Source: Laetmonice hystrix
Taxonomy: Eukaryota
Assembly: GCA_965235115.1 (NCBI GenBank)
Contig: OZ249437.1
Span: 27,156,001-27,220,000, forward strand
Length of the DNA stretch: 64,000 nt
Reading direction: 5' to 3'
Positions 13,201-26,090 of the stretch are shown here, one piece after another. The position numbers were made by a program, and so were the translations under genes. The first letter of the stretch is position 1; each line of letters opens with the position of its first letter. The notes beneath the pieces were generated by a model. That model was given only the letters and a program-made list of their open reading frames with translations, ran no database searches and was not told the DNA's origin.

Positions 13201-16200
13201 ATGCTGTCATTGTTCCAGTCTTTTCAATTACTACAAGACCGCACACACCGCTTTGAAGGGGGACTGAGTATGAAAAAGGAATGAGCAATGTGAAAGGCTG
13301 CCAAATCTATCAAGAGATGGAAGGTTGGAGTGTACCATCGACACATTTCCATACAAAATCTTAAAAAATGGAAAGTCTGATCTCCTCAAGTATGAATTTT
13401 TGTAGGAACTTAGTAAGCCAGCTTCTCTCAATAGAAATGGATTCTTGCCTTGTTGCAGTTCTGGCTTTAAGAATATTTTCATAATAGTATAGGTTCTTTC
13501 GATTGTCCGAAGACATAATGTAAATTCACATTGTGTATGAAAAGTCCCAAGTTCTGGGGCAAGTACTTTTTATAGGCCTACATGAAACATATCGTATAGT
13601 TGCAGGAATAACCCGCACATACATTTGATACAACGTTTTAAACTTAAAGTAGGAGAGTTTGATTGGAACCGGTTTTTACAGCGTGGTCTGTGCCATCAGT
13701 GATATCAGGTTAGAGTAGTTACTCCCACAGACGTATATCCAAGATACATATCAGTATGCAGTAAGAGGTTGCTTCTAATGCTGTTATGATGTATCCAGTC
13801 AAGTCTCATTTCCATATTCATAGATGGAAGGTGGTGGAGGCCTCGCCCAGCTTTACGGGTCTCGTCTATATCATACAAACTAGATACCGATTGTAATGGA
13901 CTATCCGAATGGCCATGGCCGGGACTCGTAATAAAGAAAAGGATTGGTGAATTGAGGAGGAACGGATCGTAAAAAAGTCGTAGAATGGATTAGAGAGTGT
14001 TGGAGATAAAGTGAACTCCCAGCGAACTAGATGTAATTAGCATATGTAAATTCACAGTTTCAAATTAGTAAGTTGAGAATGTATTTGGTCTAGCTTATGT
14101 TGTCTAGCCAAGAGAGAAAAAACGTATGTCTCCGCTGGATGATATAATTTATTGCTTACTATTTATGAAGGTGTAGATCGACGTATGAATGTTTGTATGT
14201 ACATGAATACACTAATGTACGGTTGATTGTTACAGTACGTAGTACGTGTAGGCGTAGAATATTGTAATGTAAATGGAAGTTTTTGTACTTCATCGTTTTG
14301 TTTGCACACAGATCCTGGATATTTCAGGTGAAATAGGCCCTGAGTTATCTATGGGGCACCCTCTCTCTGAGAACAGAAACTATAAAACTGGCTCATACCC
14401 TGCTCGGTCGGTCCGACCGGGGCGTTCAACCCACAAACGAGCCAGCCGGAAGTGGTCGGAAATGAATTGCTTGCCCACAGATAGGAACCTCATCAAGCCG
14501 GGCTCCTCCCGTGATGCAATGGCCTTTTCTAATGTACATCCGGTTGGCCAGGAGCTGCGCTCATTCTGCCGCATACTCTGCCGTCGACTCTGTCGCTGAC
14601 AGTGACAGGCAGGGGTCAATTGATGGAGGTCCTGCCTGTCAAACGACCAACTCTGATGGCATAATAACCGCACGCCCTTCTTAAAGCTACGGGCGAGATG
14701 GATGGGTAGTTTTTCGTTGCATCTCATAAACTCCCTCTAGAATGTGCTTATAAAGGCATTAGGCATGTTGAGTGGGTACTTATACCGTGTCTGTGTGTAA
14801 TTGAAATTACCAGCCTTGTACGGCAGTCATTAATATGCATTACGTTTTGAAGCAATGGAAAGAGATATAGAAACATTCGGGTAAAGCAATAGCTCTGAAA
14901 TTGGACCCCCCCCCCCCCTATGGATAATGAGGGGTCGCATGGGGGGGGAGGTTACAGACTACGCAAAAATATGAAATTCAGCCGCGATATCCATAATTTC
15001 AGTAGATTTGCACAACTACAGCTCTTAGTCTCAGTCTAGATCCGATAAAAACACTTCATATTTTCTAAACAATATTGAAACTGTTTAATATATGTACCGC
15101 AAACAGATCAGTTGGACTCTTGGCAAATTTTACGCCCATTTCAAGAAAAAGTCAAATGTTATTACGCTTTGTGGCAGGATTCTGATGCCAGGCGAGTCTA
15201 GAATTCACATCGAAAAACTCTTGAAATCGACGATATTTTAGAGACATAAAAGAAGTCAATTTCTAAGAAAATTAAGATTAGTATCGACCAGTCAACAAAT
15301 CAATGATTGCCTATTGTGATTGTGACGATAAAAAGGGTGATGAAGGTAGATTGCCATTACTGTGTGGTAATTATTGTAAGGTGAATGTGAGAGTGTCCAT
15401 GTAGAGGGACTGTGTGTCTACTAATAGAATTAGACTATGGTACACTTCTGGTATCTAATGGAACTCTCTCAGACCAATATCGACTTCCTAGCAGGATCTC
15501 AGCCGACTACAGGGTTCTTACCTTGAATGGAATAAGATATAAACAATAAAATAATTTATAGATTTTTATTCTCCTTATTTAGGGGGGGGCAAAGTTTGAT
15601 TTGAATGACAAACAAAGTATTACGAATCGAAGGATAATAATGTTGTAGTAACAAACAATCTCAGCTTGTCTGTATCGAGGAGAAACAAATGACAATCGGT
15701 AGGCATATCTAGTTTGTATGATATAGATGAGACCCGTATAAACAAAGTTCTTGGTTTCTTGTCTCAGTGAGGTCTGCCAAACTGCTGTTTTTACAACTTG
15801 TAGATAACCAGCAGGTTGGGCATTGCAACATCTCGCAGGTATTGGTCTACTTGACAGGTGCACATGGAAAACAATATCGAATCCTGCCTTATCTGTGGGC
15901 TGTGTTAGGGGAAACACGGAGGCTATTGTGACCAGGGCCACCATTTGTCTCACAAACTCAATTTCCCGGTAGTGGAAGCCGGGACAGGTAACTACATTAT
16001 TATCTGAATCCAGCCCACCCGGACCTGGTATTGGATTGCCTCTTCTGATGTCATTGGTGTTTGGTGGTCGGAGGTAAAGCAGGTCTGCGGGGCTGATCTG
16101 ATTTTACAGCCATTGAGGGGATGACTTCCGCAGCAAGGTACACTCGATTGGAGGTACTTGATGGCACTTGATTGTCCAAACAAGTTAAGTGGCTTCTTAC

Positions 16201-18183
16201 CTTATAATGTGAGCAAATGTTTGTGAATATGGAAGTTCTCAAAGACAGAGACAGTTTCTGTGCTTGTTGTAAAGGCTCCGGTTGTAATATTAACATCATC
16301 ATGGAATCATCGTGATGGTTCCGTCGTATAGAAGTGTGGTTACTATCTTGGCGGACACCGTGCATCTATACTTCATGGTCTGTCGGTTGTCTTGGCCAAT
16401 ATAAGACAAAGTATAAAAAATGTCGCCGAAATCTTCTTTAATCTTACAAACCTCATGAAAGAGAAATGCTCCTTCCTTTGATGTAATGTCCCCTGACTCC
16501 GTTTGCGGTTATAGAAACAAAATGATATTACAAGAATGAAGATTAGAAAAACTGAATTATAATAATATTAGTATACGGCGCATCTCAGAATTCTGAGCGT
16601 GAGCACTAACTCTACCCTGTCAGAGATTTCCTATTTAACTTCTCCTTTCTCAGCCCACGCGGACTGCAGTTTACATATTGGCAGTTAGGGCCTTATTTAC
16701 GGCCCTTCCCTGTCAGATGTGGATTATAACTTGGCCTGGGTAGAATCGGTCCAGTGAAGCCCGGCTCCTTCAGTACTACATATCAGTGGCCATTGTTTGG
16801 CGATCATCTTGATCTAATGACAGCAGTGAGGCATCCCATAGATCCCAACTCTGCATGGTCAGCACTGGGGGCGGGGACCTAGGGGTGTCGTAGATATGAA
16901 CCACGATTGTTGCTCAAGGAGCCAGCTCTCCGTGTATCATCCCTCATCAGATCTAACCCTTGAGTTCGGTCCCGGTATCCTGGTGAAAGATCGGAGAAAC
17001 TAGTGGACCTGTGCCACAAGCGTTTAATTACTTGACAATTAGTTTAGTCCGTTTAGTCATTAAGAGGGGTAATGCAAATGAAGGAAGTTAGCGGGTGATT
17101 TTCGCTGCCTGGTTAAGGCTAAGAACTTCATAGTTGCCGAGCTAGCCGAGTCTATGAGCTTGGCCGCCGCAGACAGTTCCAATCGTAGCTTCACTTCCCA
17201 TGTATTGATTGGTAGTAAGCCTGCGCTGGGCCCATCCTCTGCCCAGTCTGATGGTATCGGCCGGCTAGGGGATGGTGTGTGGAGGAGCAGGCTTAGCCTG
17301 GCCACAGACCGTTGGAGACCTCTGGCCCCAACCTCGACCACCACTCACAGCGCCCCCTGCTGGCCACTCCACCAGGCTGGCTACGGGGACCAACAATTGC
17401 CTTCCACGGGGGACATTGATCCGGGCTCACTCACCCCCACCCCCGAGATTTTTCATGACCCGCAGTTCCTGCTCGGATGTGGCACCATCGAATCATTTTC
17501 CCATCCGTTTTCTTCTTTCACTATGGATATGAGTCTGAAGTTCTTCCGGACTGTCCCACAGTGGAACAAAATCCGTTTGAAATGGAGAGGTCATATAACG
17601 GAAGAGAAATAGCTTTCCATGTAGGATAGGAATAAGCGAACGTTTTGAGTGGATGAGGGTAGTTTTTCCCCCACCAATGTTCTCGATTGTTGGTACCGCG
17701 ATGTCTGGTGAAGGATATAAAGTAGTAGTTTATCTATCGATTCTTCTGTCGGCTGAACCGTCCCCCATCCCAGGCTCAATGTTTATCGTCCACAGTCCTT
17801 GTGCCCTCTGACTTCAGACAGGAAGTTCTGAACAATTTAAAAATACTATTACTGTAAATTACGTATACAATGATTTACGTCCCTTATAATCGGAAAGCAA
17901 GAGTGTGTTTTATCTTTCATGGTTTTGCTGATACGTATGATGGGACAGACTGCGGTAGTGGTGCAGCACAAACAGTGGGATATTTTGACTGTTATAAACT
18001 TTGTGATATCAAATGATACAAAACAAGAAGAACTTCGCTGCCTGTTACGGATGTTATTGTTTTAGGGTTTGCAATAATACCCGTGGGATAATCCATTGCC
18101 AGTCCAGGATAATCCGGGTGATTACCCGGTTAACTGATTACTCTGTTGTTTAATCACTTCTGTTTTGTGTATGTGTTACATAG

Positions 18184-18328
18184 GTTTGACTGCGGGACTG
18201 GTCCGGCCCAGATTACGTCTGAGAACCAGGTAGAACTGGGTCAGTGGAACACACTGACGGTACACCGGAACGATTGGAACGGGTGGATACAGCTCAATGA
18301 CGGACCACAGGCCAAGGGCAGGTCAAAG
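18184..18328 (+). CDS. EGFLAM: EGFLAM exon, LG1 middle (FDCGTGPAQI...GQWNTL...GRSK)
   Basis: Acceptor catag ending 18183; donor gtcagt at 18329. Completes the split Arg codon of the previous exon. Confidence 0.92.
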
Positions 18329-18975
18329 GTCAGTGAGACGCCAAACCTTCCGTATTGGATGTAACCAAATACTATATCATGTCGTGGGCAATATTTTTGA
18401 GCACAATTCTTTTCATTTCATGTTCGAAATTGTCTATCCTGGTCATAATTGCTGTAAAAGGGCGGGTAGATAGAACTACAATTCATGAAGAAAAAGGGGA
18501 AACTACATAGGAGTTAGGTCCCAAGGGTGGTAAACATCTGCTCACGGGATTTTGTGACGTGAATGTAGACCTTGTCTAGGCTGTCCTACCATTCTTCTCC
18601 CAGGAAAAATCGACACCTAAAGATCTGATTTAAGGTGACAGGTAATACGATTATGAATATTATAAAGAATAAATAAATAAAACCTTGCCAGGAGAACTAC
18701 GCCTGCCACCACGTCCATCATTTTCGCTGACAGCTGGCGTGGAAGAATTTGTTTTGTCCCCATGGGTGTCATGTAAAACTGAAATGGTCTCGTTGAGGAT
18801 GGCAAAAAAATGCAGAAATGGGCGGTAGGCAATTGTGTGATAAAAATTGGTTTTATGTCAATATTTATGGTATGTTTTTCTCATGGTACAGTACGTGATA
18901 ACAAATAAGTGGCTTCATGACGAAACGAAAGAAAAAAAGAGAATATGGCCATTATCAGAATAAAGTCGGGATGAA

Positions 18976-19749
18976 GTGTTTATTAACGGTGTTGTGTGTC
19001 TGACCACCTGGTGTATTGTTCAGGGTCTGTACTCGCGGATCACGTTCCGGGAAGATCTGTACTTGGGTGGTTACAAGAACACCACAATGATTGGGGAGAG
19101 GACTGTGTTTATTAACGGTGTTGTGTGTCTGACCACCTGGTGTATTGTTCAGGGTCTGTACTCGCGGATCACGTTCCGGGAAGATCTGTACTTGGGTGGT
19201 TACAAGAACACCACAATGATTGGGGAGAGGACTGTGTTTATTAACGGTGTTGTGTGTCTGACCACCTGGTGTATTGTTCAGGGTCTGTACTCGCGGATCA
19301 CGTTCCGGGAAGATCTGTACTTGGGTGGTTACAAGAACACCACAATGATTGGGGAGAGGACTGTGTTTATTAACGGTGTTGTGTGTCTGACCACCTGGTG
19401 TATTGTTCAGGGTCTGTACTCGCGGATCACGTTCCGGGAAGATCTGTACTTGGGTGGTTACAAGAACACCACAATGATTGGGGAGAGGACTGTGTTTACT
19501 AACGGTGTTGTGTGTCTGACCACCTGGTGTATTGTTCAGGGTCTGTACTCACGGATCACGTTCCGGGAAGATCTGTACTTGGGTGGTTACAAGAACACTA
19601 CAATGATTGGGGAGAGGACTGTGTTTATTAACGGTGTTGTGTGTCTGACCACCTGGTGTATTGTTCAGGGTCTGTACTCACGGATCACGTTCCGGGAAGA
19701 TCTGTACTTGGGTGGTTACAAGAACACCACAATGATTGGAGAACGGACT
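18976..19749 (+). repeat. Six tandem copies of a 129-bp unit: 48 nt intron end with acceptor plus the first 81 nt of the LG1 exon
   Basis: ttgttcag|ggtctgtac acceptors open at 19024, 19153, 19282, 19411, 19540 and 19669. Copies 1-4 are identical; copies 5 and 6 carry a few substitutions. Confidence 0.97.
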
Positions 19750-19861
19750 GGAATGAGGTGGGGATTCGTCGGCTGTGTACGACTGCTGGAGATCAACAAT
19801 CGCAAGTACGACATGCGCAAAGGGGCGTTTGTCGGCGACGCCATTCACGGAGTGGATGTGG
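19669..19861 (+). CDS. EGFLAM: EGFLAM exon, end of LG1 (GLYSRITFREDLYLGG...GFVGCV...GVDVG), using the most downstream acceptor
   Basis: Phase 0 acceptor and donor gtaagt at 19862 (phase 1). LYLGG and GFVGC are LG hallmarks. Which of the six acceptors is used cannot be told from the sequence. Confidence 0.85.
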
Positions 19862-22023
19862 GTAAGTGTTTGTGTCAAATAAAACCCCTGCTGACGGTTT
19901 ATGAAATAACGCTACCGCTAGCTGTGACCGCTCGTAATGGCCAGACAAAAGTGGTGCCTGGCATCCTGTTTAGTTGGACGTTGCCAGTCTCAACGTGGAA
20001 ATAGAAATACACATGGAGCGTGTCAATGTGTCAGAAAGGTTGAACTGTTACGGTTCAATCGACCTACAATTCTGAAGGCAATGTATTTTTTTAAACCTGG
20101 AGCTGTTTGTGTCAAGTATAAATGTACTCATGATTGTCAACTTTGGCCAACTCGGTTTGATTTGTTCCGAATCGATGGTGGAAGGTATCCAGAGTCGCAG
20201 GACGTCTGGGTGTCAGGTTTTCATTGCTGATTGCCCAAAGTTGACCTAATCATGGGTCTTATACAAGGCACTGGGAGTGACCGATTATGATTATTAGCAC
20301 CATCATCTTTCTGTGGTCGATGTTTGCACCTCCCACCCCCTCCCCCTTCCCTCACTCTTATCTTGTGACAGAACCCCGTGTCTCGACCCCAACCAACGAG
20401 TCTCTCTTCACACGTGTATGCATGTGCCGCCAAGTGACACATCTGCGCACCCACACGAAGCCTGCTCTAAGAACATGCTCAGGTTTTTCTTTACTCGCAT
20501 GATGAACACGTTGTTCTCTCAGTATGATCCTCTTACCACCAGTAGCACACAGAGCAGAGCTCACAGAGCCCCGAACAATTACCGTCTGGTTAGTGAGCTA
20601 CCCACTGTCTGTCTGAATCTCCCGGGATTAGCAGTTCCCCCCTGTAGAGTGACTACTTCTTCATTAACCTTACCATGCACATCCCTCAGAGACGCCCGTG
20701 TGGTCCCAGCTAGGTCCCGCCAGACAGGCTCTGTCCAACTGCTCCCCCACCCTATCGGAAAGGTCAACATACAGTTGTCGGAACCCAAAGCCTGGGAAAC
20801 ACATAGCACAGACCGCCATGACTAATGGCAGGGAGAGAATGAGAAGTGCCGAATTAGCTGGCCCTTGAGCCCACTGCTGGGCCTGGGTTGTCATTTGTCA
20901 ACAGTGAAGTCGGCGGTCAGGGCACATGGTCCACAGTGAGACTGAACGATAATGGCCGCTGGATATATATGCTTTGTCTACCCAATGGTGTAGCGCTTTG
21001 GTAAGGATTCCACCGTAGATTAGGGTCAATATTTCTAGAACGTGGCACCTATCTCGACCGATTCATCGTGCACATATGTGATTTTTTTTCTTAAATCGAA
21101 CCAGTCCTTTTAAATGATAAGTAGCGTCTTAAAATTAATCCGAGTTATAACAATGTACAAGAAAATCAAACTTGAGTAGACTCCTCAAAACAAACATTCG
21201 GTCTGATGGATATAAATGTAGATACATAACTTAATTATGGAATAGTATTGATTAATTATTGCCGATTATGCCATTTGTCTGTACAAATAGTAAGAGAATC
21301 TAACATTTTAAATATGATTCCACAGATCTCTTTATAATTCATGAATGTCTTGTGTCTTACCCAATACTAGATACATTATGAGAATCTTATTATAATTCAT
21401 ATCAACATATGCTAAAACGCTAAGCATTTGTCTTCAGCAGTAATGTAGGATTTCGTAATAGCAAAGAAGAAGAGAATGATTGTCATTTTGAACGTTTACA
21501 TATCTAAAACGCTTCATCAAAGCAACTAATATAATGTATTTATCGGTATAATAGTAATTGGTTAACGACTACGGACAGCGACAAGGTTCCACCCACCCTA
21601 TGTTTGCACTGTATTTGCACAAACCTAGCTTTATCACCATATTCTGGTCGAATTGCAACAAGATCTGAGAGATGGCACCCTTTGTGCTTTACGTCAAGGA
21701 GGCAGGAGCGATTTGGATTTTGAGGGGGCTAAATTCATTATGTCTTTGTCCTAAAACTGATATTCCTGGTGTAAGTAGTGTACCGGGTCTATTTGCACAA
21801 AACGGTAACAGACTTTTAATCAGATTGTATAACAACAGATAATAGTAGGACTATTTTCTTCATTTTTAGGTTAGATTCCAATAATAAATGACTTGGGGAG
21901 AGAATCAATGTTTGTTATTGACCAGAATATGGTGTAAAGCCAGTGAACGTGAGCCTCATTGCTCTGCCCTCACTGCACCTGCTAACCGACGCCATGTTGT
22001 TTCTTGTGCTTTCGCCCTCACAG

Positions 22024-22026
22024 AAG
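22024..22026 (+). CDS. EGFLAM: Candidate 3-nt microexon (AAG) of EGFLAM
   Basis: Branch-like gctaac (21980-21985), AG-free pyrimidine tract with TGC at 22007-22009, then cag|AAG|gtacgt. Frame-preserving in a phase 1 intron. Confidence 0.5.
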
Positions 22027-22889
22027 GTACGTGCTGCGGTTAAAGCCACATGTAAGGAGTTTGCCTCATGCTAGCCCGTAGGCGTCTCACAAAAAAATCA
22101 TCCTTGCATGCCACATTCCTCCCATCGATGGTTTACCTATACATGTCCATACTTATATATGTATCTCTCGATGTATGTGTGTGACATGGTTCCGATGTTA
22201 CAGCAGCATGATAGGTGGGCGAGGTGTTACCACTGCCCCGGCTGGGTTTGACGTCTACCGTCCATAATACCATGATAATGATAAACGCTTTATCAGGGGA
22301 TCCCACTACTACATCCGGGTGTGGAGATGACGTCAGGCGGGTGGGATTGTACTGCGCATGTGTCGTCCACTAACCAATCAGTTAGCTAGTTCTACTGCTT
22401 GAGTGTCCGATATTCTCACGGTGTTCTTCTGCCAGTTATTTGTATATATCTGTTTTTCTGTATATATATATGCAGGACATGGACCTGTTGCACAGATAGC
22501 GTCTGCTTGACTGAAAACGTATAGGAAGCTCGTTATGGGGGTGGTTTGCAGAAATAGTTTTTTAAAAAAGTTACCTTTTGTTTTAACACTTATTGTTCGT
22601 GCCTTTTTTTTAGACTAACAACTTAAGATTGATTTGTCTGTCATATTTCTATTTTATATTTTTTTACCGTCTTATCGATTCATCTGCGTCACTAAATGAC
22701 ATGTCTTCATGTACAGCCTTAGATCATGTTTTCTTTTCCCGTTCCACGGAGTTCGGTTGACGTTCTTGAAAGCGTCAGTTCTTGGTTTTTCATCTGTTTC
22801 CGTGCAGATAATTAGAATCGTGATTTGTACTTTTTCCACCAACTCCTCCTGTACATGGGTTGTCTGATGATGTTTGGTGCGTGATCCAG

Positions 22890-23015
22890 GGGAGTGCTCC
22901 AGTGGAGTGTGTGAGAAGGTGAAGTGTCAGAACGGCGGCTCCTGCGTGGCTGACTCGGCTGACAGTCACGTGTGTCTGTGCCCGCTGGGTACGGCCGGAG
23001 ACAGGTGTGAAAATC
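22890..23015 (+). CDS. EGFLAM: EGFLAM exon, EGF-like domain 2 (GECSSGVCEKVKCQNGGSC...CLCPLG...RCEN)
   Basis: Acceptor tccag ending 22889; donor gtgagt at 23016; EGF cysteine spacing; phase 1 to phase 1. Confidence 0.93.
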
Positions 23016-23280
23016 GTGAGTACCAAACGTCAGCCTGGAGTCGTCTGAGGTTTTAGGCCCTATGACGTCATGGAAACTATGACGTCATTTGTCGAATACG
23101 GTATCTCTTTGTTTTGGCGATAAAAAATGATGGCGTAGATAATCGTAGATGTATCATCCGCGTACATTTTTTAAGTAGGCATGCTGGGTAAGATTTACGC
23201 TGTAAATAGGCCTATATTATTATTATCAAAGTTGGGAAATGACGTAGATTGGTAACATTTAAACTTGTGTTATATTTCAG

Positions 23281-23518
23281 GAATTGACATCCAGGTGACG
23301 TCGTTTAGCGGGAACTCGTACCTGCAGTTTATCGGCCTGCGGCGAACTGTTCTCTCGTTTACCGAGGTAGAGATAGTCTTTAAGGCGGAGCATCATACGG
23401 GTCTGTTGTTTTACAACGGGTACACAACGGACGGCAGCGGAGACTTCATCGCACTGGCTCTCGTAAACGGCTACCTCGAGTTCCGCTTTGACCTGGGAAC
23501 CGGCCCTGCAATCATTAG
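23281..23518 (+). CDS. EGFLAM: EGFLAM exon, LG2 first part (IDIQVTSFSGNSYL...EFRFDLGTGPAII)
   Basis: Acceptor tttcag ending 23280; donor gtgacc at 23519. Confidence 0.93.
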
Positions 23519-24179
23519 GTGACCTTTTAAATGGGGCAACTTTTTTTGTGAGGGGGGGGGGGGAGCGAGGTCACTAAACGTGGCAAGTTCAAACTGACTT
23601 TCGACATTGTCGTAAGTATAGATTCTACGTACAGGTCCTGGCCAGTGTGTTTGTTTTTAAGAGTTTCAAGCAAACGGTCTAAATGTATTTATACAGTGTT
23701 TAATCGGTCTGCCTTTGACAGATTCACATAATGGGATTTTTACTGATTCGCTTCCATTACGGCTTCTAGATTTTAAATCGATTCTTTTATCGCGGCAGTA
23801 TCCTTGTGTATTCCTATTGAGGGTTCTGATAAAAACGTGAAGTGACTTAAATGGAGGATCAGAGTGAAGATTTGATGAACATTTTCTGTGCTCCACGACG
23901 ATTGCCTAATCCAAGTAGTGGCTGGGTGTGTTCAGGCTTTATGGTATTTCAGTACAGAACACTTGAAATTAAATCACAAATAATCCATTCGCGGTGTCCT
24001 CAGAAACGCTGAATATTGTTAGGCTTATGGCACTTTCTCCAAGTAAAGCCTACCCACGTCAGCATGGTCGTGTTTTTTTAATCCTTTGACTGCGTTACTA
24101 CATAGCGGTATATCATCAAGGACATAATTATAATCATTATTATAACCGAAGTAATTACCATTTCTGTTGTTTACTGTAG

Positions 24180-24408
24180 GAGTCGGAAGCCGCCCACCCT
24201 TAACGAATGGCACGTGGTTCGGTTCTCGAGAACTGGACGAGATGGCTACATGCAGATCGACAACCAGGCCGCCATCGAGGGCATGTCCAAGGGCGCCTAC
24301 ACACAACTCACCTTGACACTTGACCTTTTTGTTGGAGGTCATCGGAATTTTGATGAGGTCGCTAAAAACGCTGGAATTAAAGATTCCTTCAAGGGTTGTA
24401 TACAGAAG
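24180..24408 (+). CDS. EGFLAM: EGFLAM exon, LG2 second part (SRKPPTLNEWHVV...LFVGG...FKGCIQK)
   Basis: Acceptor tgtag ending 24179; donor gtaatg at 24409. Confidence 0.93.
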
Positions 24409-25896
24409 GTAATGACAAACAGAATGTGGTATCTTTTATGGAAAATAATATACACAGCTAATTCTAGTTTCTATGTGAATTTCAGAAAGTAATAATGTCG
24501 GATAGAAAAATAAGTGTATGTGTTCAAACCCGTCGTTATCATAGAAGGCGCTCTCATTTAGACATTAGGGCCTATATCTAGACAAGATAAATTTAATTTA
24601 TCCTCTTGACAAAACTCTGCCACACAAGACATCTCCTATTTTCGCATGAGAACGATTTGAGATTGAATAGTGGGGCCGTGTGCGCCATCGTTGTGCGCTC
24701 TAATCGGTTTCATCCATACATATTTGAGGTCAAGCCCGTCCAACCCCTACAGTGATCTGAAGCTTGGGAATAGTGAAGACAAAATTGAAAACCTCCAGCA
24801 AAGCCCTATGGTGTATTTCAGCCGTTGTATTACTGGAATATGTCTCCAGTGGGGATCGTAACGGTTGCAGTGGTCCATGGGTTTGACTAGGTCTCCCGTC
24901 TCTGTAAAATCGCAGAGAATTGGCGGGCAAGAGTTCACTGAAGAGCCTCAGAATACAGCTCAGGAAGATAGCAATATAAAGGCGCTAACCACTGGGACTG
25001 CTTTGTTAAAGAAGACATTCGTAACTCCCTTTGTAAAGAAACTACAGACGAGGCCTTGGGCACAAATGCTTTCAGGAATCCAGTGGGAGTTAACTGGGCT
25101 GTGATATGTAGAAGCCAGTGGCGCTGAATGGCGGAGGGAAGGGGTAACCTTAGCTTTGCACGCCCGCCCCTACCTCATCAGTACTAATACCCGTGTTGTA
25201 GCAGTATGGGGGCGGATTACCCCCAGGACGTCATGAGTTGATACTTAGGCATTTTATCACACTCCTGGGAGTTGTCAATATTTGCAAAGTATGTAACCGA
25301 ACGTGGACCACAAAGGACGCGGTGTCTGAGAAAACGAAGCCATTTGATCGTAATTGCTGTCATTTTAATGAGTTGGTCTCATTGGGAAGCTAATATAGCG
25401 CCCCCTATGGGAGTAAAAGAATACATTGGGTGTGAAGGAGTAGACATGAGGGAGATTTTACACAGCACCAGTTGTCATTTAGCGCCCAGTACTCTACAAG
25501 CATGTTCCTTGTTTTTTGTTTGCTGAGACATTTGCTCGTTGTGAGTCTAACTTGTGTTTTGATGGGCAATGAGCCCTGGGAATTTTTTTTATAGAACCAT
25601 CCTTCAAATCCCGGACAGGGTTCAATAGTGTATGGAATATGAATCGCTACAAGACACTGTGAAATTTGAATAGGGTTATCAAATCTGCATCCAGCTTCGT
25701 TGTACAGGAATAGCCTTTGCCATGAGTTCTTCCGATGAAATTATCAACGATGGAAATGATCTAGGAAATTAGAGACAGCAATAACACACTGACGATAAAA
25801 ACTAATAATCCGTTCTAATTCAACCACAACGCGGAGCACGGAACTTATAATGAATTTGGCTTGACAGTAAGGACAAGGTCATATCCAGACGCTGGA

Positions 25897-26090
25897 CAGT
25901 CGGCCCAGTCTCCATCCAGTCTGTACCCAGTCCGTCCCCAGTACCCAGTCCGTCCCTAGTCTCCAGTCCGTCCCCAGTCTCCAGTCCGTCCCCAGGACCC
26001 CGTCCTTCCCCAGTACCCAGTCCGTCCCCAGTACCCAGTCAGTCCCCAGTCTCCAGTCCGTCCCCAGTACCCAGTCCGTCCCCAGTCCAC
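25897..26090. repeat. 18/19-bp minisatellite, about 10 copies
   Basis: Repeats of cccagtccgtccccagt(ac/ct). Confidence 0.9.

Noticed and set aside
17060-17344. VEVGARG motif resembling the C-terminal endonuclease region of R2/NeSL-type LINEs
   Set aside because: Only one short motif, preceded by an in-frame stop; upstream conserved residues not recoverable. Needs a repeat-library search.
18976-19749. CRISPR-like array
   Set aside because: Whole units are repeated with no unique spacers, the context is a eukaryotic intron/exon boundary, and there are no cas genes.
18976-20004. 342-aa ORF as a stand-alone gene
   Set aside because: It is the repeated acceptor/exon array plus read-through past the 19862 donor; only the exon part belongs to EGFLAM.
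20237-20266. LYKT[frameshift]MIRSTL resembling the CR1/L2 reverse-transcriptase thumb motif
   Set aside because: Requires a frameshift and lacks flanking motifs; too short to call.
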